From an uncultured virus (IMG/VR IMGVR_UViG_3300025769_000088) (taxonomy: Duplodnaviria > Heunggongvirae > Uroviricota > Caudoviricetes), in IMG/VR virus record IMGVR_UViG_3300025769_000088: a DNA stretch of 20,000 bases; one strand, written 5' to 3'. The notes below the pieces were generated by a model, which was not told the DNA's origin, did no database searches, and was given only the letters and a program-made list of their open reading frames with translations. The position numbers were made by a program, and so were the translations under genes. Below are positions 17,213 through 20,000 of the stretch, piece by piece. Within the stretch, counting starts at the first letter, position 1. The number at the start of each line of letters is the position of its first letter.

Positions 17213-17710
17213 TCAGTTTTTCATTTCGATTTCCAGCACATCTTTGGCCCTATCCATCTGAACCACGTACCGAGTGCTTCCTGCAGGTATCCTCCGGAGA
17301 CTGAATACAACGGGAACTTCGTGCCCCTTCTTATGAAGAATGGAGCAACGAACGATCTGCACCGGCTTGGAAAGACCTTCTCGCTTAGCTGCCTCTTCAA
17401 TGCCTCTGTGATGACTTGCCTGGTATTTCTCAGGGATCAGGAAATTCAATCCCCAGCCCACCGCCTCTTCTTGCCTGTATCCTGTCATTTCTTCAGCGGC
17501 TTTATTCCAGTCTGTGATAATGCCGTTAGAAGTTGCCGCAATCGTGGCCGTGTCGCTTTCCGCAATGGCTGCAGCAATCAACATTGCCTGGCCCAGGGCC
17601 AGGCGTTGTTGTTCTCTCATCTGAACGGTGAATGTCGCAATGGCAATGACCAACAGCAGTCCTACTGACAACAGTGCCCAGGATAGACTGTTTCTATTTT
17701 TCATTGTCAT
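17213..17710 (-). CDS. Membrane-anchored stand-alone PAS domain protein (165 aa)
   Basis: N-terminal hydrophobic helix (about residues 11-28), then PAS S-box signature NGIITDWNKAAEEMTGYRQEEAVG..LNFLIPE and PAC-like LHKKGHEVPVVFSL. No output domain. Confidence 0.88.
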   Translation of the reverse strand: MTMKNRNSLSWALLSVGLLLVIAIATFTVQMREQQRLALGQAMLIAAAIAESDTATIAATSNGIITDWNKAAEEMTGYRQEEAVGWGLNFLIPEKYQASHHRGIEEAAKREGLSKPVQIVRCSILHKKGHEVPVVFSLRRIPAGSTRYVVQMDRAKDVLEIEMKN

Positions 17711-18035
17711 CTTTTTTCTCCAATTGAATTCCGATTTTCACGTTGCCTTTGGCCAGTTCGACAATGAGGTCGAGCAGTGACATTCCTCCAAATCCTGCCA
17801 GTAGGCCGACACCCATCAGCAGCCAGACACCTTCGTCCGAGGTGGAGTATTTTTGCCAGAGCAGCAGATTAACCAGCAACCCAAGCAACCCTGAGGTTAA
17901 CCCGGCTGAGACAACACTTCTCCAGGAGAGTTTTTTGCCAGACCGTAGCAGTTGGGCTAGTCCTGCACAGCTCGCAATCACAAATGTCCCGGCGAAAATT
18001 GTGGGTGGATCAGTGTAATTCACTTGGTGTCCCAT
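17694..18035 (-). CDS. Putative holin (3 TM, LydA/lambda S-like; probable start 18035)
   Basis: About 113 aa with three Gly-rich hydrophobic segments, a basic loop RSGKKLSWR, GLLAGFGGMSLLD motif and charged C-terminal tail EKKDDNEK. Confidence 0.65.
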   Translation of the reverse strand: MGHQVNYTDPPTIFAGTFVIASCAGLAQLLRSGKKLSWRSVVSAGLTSGLLGLLVNLLLWQKYSTSDEGVWLLMGVGLLAGFGGMSLLDLIVELAKGNVKIGIQLEKKDDNEK

Positions 18036-18134
18036 CTGTATTTGATCCTGTAACGTGGGTTTTGCCCTGAAAACACAGAAATGTGTTCTGCCCAAACACC
18101 TGTGGAATCCTATGGATGTTCGTGTCCGCGCACA

Positions 18135-18171
18135 ACAAGAGCCAGCAGGAGTCCTTCCTGCTGGCTCTTGT
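18135..18171. terminator. Perfect 16-bp hairpin, probably a terminator or boundary before the lysis/late block
   Basis: ACAAGAGCCAGCAGGA-GTCCT-TCCTGCTGGCTCTTGT; only a weak U-rich tail on the minus strand. Confidence 0.6.
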
Positions 18172-18218
18172 CGCTCACTCTCTCACAAGGAGACATCACA
18201 GTAGACATCGTGAGTCAG

Positions 18219-18491
18219 CTATTTTGAAATGTCAATCTCTCTTTTCTGGTGCCGGTATCTCGTCATTTGCTTGCGAGTCATCCAGGCACAGTTGTACGGC
18301 CCGTACTTCTTTTCGTTGTCAAATCTGCCCAGAACGAGGTTGTCCGGGCATCTTCCCATGTCGCTGAGAAAGTCTTCGTAAGAATTATTCCATCGCGGAC
18401 AGGTCTGCGACCGTCGTTTTCGACGCAGGTGAATCCAGGTCTTGTATTCCCTGGACTGCGTGTCGCGGTGAGTGGCGTTGCCGTGTGTCAT
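18219..18491 (-). CDS. Degenerate HNH-endonuclease-like protein (90 aa)
   Basis: THG...SREYKTW, CPRW..YEDFLSDMGRCP and LGRFDNEKKYGPYNCAW match the common phage HNH-like family (consensus LDRIDNxxxYxPxNCRW). ATGA overlap with the upstream gene. Confidence 0.7.
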   Translation of the reverse strand: MTHGNATHRDTQSREYKTWIHLRRKRRSQTCPRWNNSYEDFLSDMGRCPDNLVLGRFDNEKKYGPYNCAWMTRKQMTRYRHQKREIDISK

Positions 18492-19147
18492 GTCGATTCT
18501 ACCTTCGGTAACGTGTTGAGATGAGCGATGGCGTCCATCGCAGAAAGTGAAAACAACTGAGTCTCGGTCACCAGCCGATCGCTCGGCTTTGGCGTGTGCA
18601 GGTCAATCCGCCACTCGCCCTTCGCATCGCTGTGCAGTGAGATCGTGCAGCCCGTTCGCTTGCACAACAGCATGATCATCTGCATCGGCCCGAAGTCCGG
18701 ACAGTCCCGCTGATCCTGGGCGGATTCCCGCATCTCACGGATGTACCTGACTGCCGCTTCCCGTTCGAGGCAGAGTTTGCCCATCACGTACTGAATCTCT
18801 GCCTCGCCGACATGCTCTCCGTCTCTGGGCACCAGCACGTCGCCCACGAAGTCCAGTACCTCGCTGAACGTGAGAATTTCCTGCGGAGCATCGTCGGGCA
18901 ACTCACCTCCGAAGTCGTCTTCCGGGTCAGCTCCGTACATCGGCAGCACCGAGTCGACCTGCATCCTGTGGCCACGCAGCTCGAAGCGGAACAGTGCGGT
19001 GCTGGATGATTCTCCCGTGTCCCTCGACATTCTCGTCAGCAGGAAGAGAAACGGATGCCGGGTGTCGTGTCGCATGCCCAGGAGTTCGTAGGCTTTGTTG
19101 TTGAATTCTTCGTAGGCACTGTCGTTATCGTCGTAGGGGGGTTTCAT
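18488..19147 (-). CDS. Hypothetical acidic protein (probable start 19147, MKPPYDD; 219 aa)
   Basis: SD GGAGAG, ATG 1 nt after the upstream stop, ATGA overlap downstream; no family recognised. Confidence 0.65.
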   Translation of the reverse strand: MKPPYDDNDSAYEEFNNKAYELLGMRHDTRHPFLFLLTRMSRDTGESSSTALFRFELRGHRMQVDSVLPMYGADPEDDFGGELPDDAPQEILTFSEVLDFVGDVLVPRDGEHVGEAEIQYVMGKLCLEREAAVRYIREMRESAQDQRDCPDFGPMQMIMLLCKRTGCTISLHSDAKGEWRIDLHTPKPSDRLVTETQLFSLSAMDAIAHLNTLPKVEST

Positions 19148-19148
19148 C

Positions 19149-19457
19149 TTACTCTCCAAGAACGCAGATTTTTTTGCCTTGCATTCGAAGCTCAACGGCA
19201 CGTTCATGAACTTCGTTCAGTGTCGGGTACGACTCGTACGGAGTGCCGAAGAGCATGGACTGTCCGCAATCGATCTCTTCCGGAGACTCTTTGAGAGTCG
19301 CAGCCGTCATCCTTCCAATCGCCGATTCGGTGCCAATGAAGATGTCGATGACGCATCCATTGTCAAGGTCCAGCGGCTGGTAATCCGCTGCCTTCTGCAT
19401 GTCTTCCCAGGTCATGCCTTGCGACTTGTGGCTGGTCACTGCGTGGGTGGGTTTCAC
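19149..19457 (-). CDS. Hypothetical protein (102 aa) starting with an SF1-helicase motif V-like peptide
   Basis: GTG start with SD AAGGA, overlapping the upstream stop; contains HAVTSHKSQGMT. Confidence 0.55.
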   Translation of the reverse strand: MKPTHAVTSHKSQGMTWEDMQKAADYQPLDLDNGCVIDIFIGTESAIGRMTAATLKESPEEIDCGQSMLFGTPYESYPTLNEVHERAVELRMQGKKICVLGE

Positions 19458-19690
19458 TCTATTATTCCTTTGAGTTGGGCGTAGGCGTTCTGCAGACGAG
19501 AAATGTCTTCGTCGTACATGTCTCCCATCCGCTGGTTCTTGCGTGTCGTTCTGCCCAGGGATTGGTCGTGTGTGGCTCTGGCCTCTGTGGTGTTGTCAAT
19601 GGCGATGTCCAGCAGGTCGTGAATCTCTTTGAGGAAGGTGTGGGGGAGGCTGTGGTTCCGGGACTTCGTTGAATGCCATGGGGTTTCCAA
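19454..19690 (-). CDS. Hypothetical helical protein; 5' end uncertain (possible frameshift with the ORF starting at 19737)
   Basis: Amphipathic helices (FLKEIHDLLDIAIDN, YDEDISRLQNAYAQLKG); stop overlaps the next start (GTGA); TTG start lacks an SD. Confidence 0.5.
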   Translation of the reverse strand: METPWHSTKSRNHSLPHTFLKEIHDLLDIAIDNTTEARATHDQSLGRTTRKNQRMGDMYDEDISRLQNAYAQLKGIIE

Positions 19691-19743
19691 TCGTCATAGT
19701 AAGAGAGAATGGATTTGAGTTTCTGGATGAAGGTCATAGGGCC

Positions 19744-19795
19744 ATGGTAGGGGTAGGGCCAGAAAGTTCAAGGGGGATTTTTTTTATTTTTTTTT
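19744..19795 (-). promoter_or_regulatory. Putative sigma70-type promoter with A-tract UP element
   Basis: A9-T-A8 tract (19795-19778), TTGAAC (19771-19766), 16-nt spacer, TACCAT (19749-19744); predicted +1 near 19737. Confidence 0.55.
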
Positions 19796-19941
19796 GAGCG
19801 GTGAGTACGTTTGGTCACGACATGGATGTCGGTCGCTGAATGGTGAGCGGTGATTGAGATCAGGTGGATTTGGTTTGTCAAGTGTGGGGTGAGGATTGGT
19901 GGGTGGGGAGCGGTGATTGAGGCTTGCCGAAAGGTGAGCGG
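19796..19941 (+). repeat. Dispersed direct repeats GAGCGG(TGATTGAG) x4
   Basis: Exact 14-mer GAGCGGTGATTGAG at 19845-19858 and 19908-19921; partial copies at 19796 (GAGCGGTGA) and 19933 (GGTGAGCGG). Confidence 0.75.
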
Positions 19942-20000
19942 AGCGAGGTACTGGACATTTGTTTATTAGTGTGGTGGGTGTGTTGGTTGGGGGTACTGGG

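Noticed and set aside
19877..19882. Perfect TTGACA on the minus strand
   Set aside because: No convincing -10 element at 16-18 nt spacing.
19796..19941. Possible mini CRISPR array
   Set aside because: The repeats are at most 14 nt, non-palindromic and irregularly spaced (49, 63 and 28 nt), and no cas genes are present.
1..20000. Stop-codon reassignment, tRNA genes, integrase/att sites or transposases
   Set aside because: Genes are full length under the standard code and use all three stops; no such elements were recognisable.

Overview
This window is a siphovirus-type phage or prophage late region, encoded entirely on the minus strand. Reading from the right end, it begins with a G/T-skewed, repeat-containing non-coding segment and a sigma70-like promoter. 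Next come small hypothetical genes, a degenerate HNH-like gene and a 16-bp hairpin. An accessory block follows: a 3-TM holin, a membrane-anchored stand-alone FixL-like PAS protein, a Thr-rich beta protein, a GT2-type glycosyltransferase and a Sulfotransfer_2-type sulfotransferase, the last overlapping the terminase large subunit start. The head module is TerL, portal, a displaced TerS-like HTH protein, gp7/Mu F minor head protein, scaffold and a P22-type major capsid. The neck and tail module contains adaptor, closure, terminator, tail tube, gpG/gpGT chaperones with a GGGAAAC -1 frameshift site, an HK97 gp10-like protein, tape measure and the start of a lambda gpM-like distal tail gene. The most unusual parts are the holin plus TM-PAS pair with no adjacent endolysin, and the glycosyltransferase plus sulfotransferase pair in the slot usually held by TerS. 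All family calls come from motif recognition by eye; no database searches were run.
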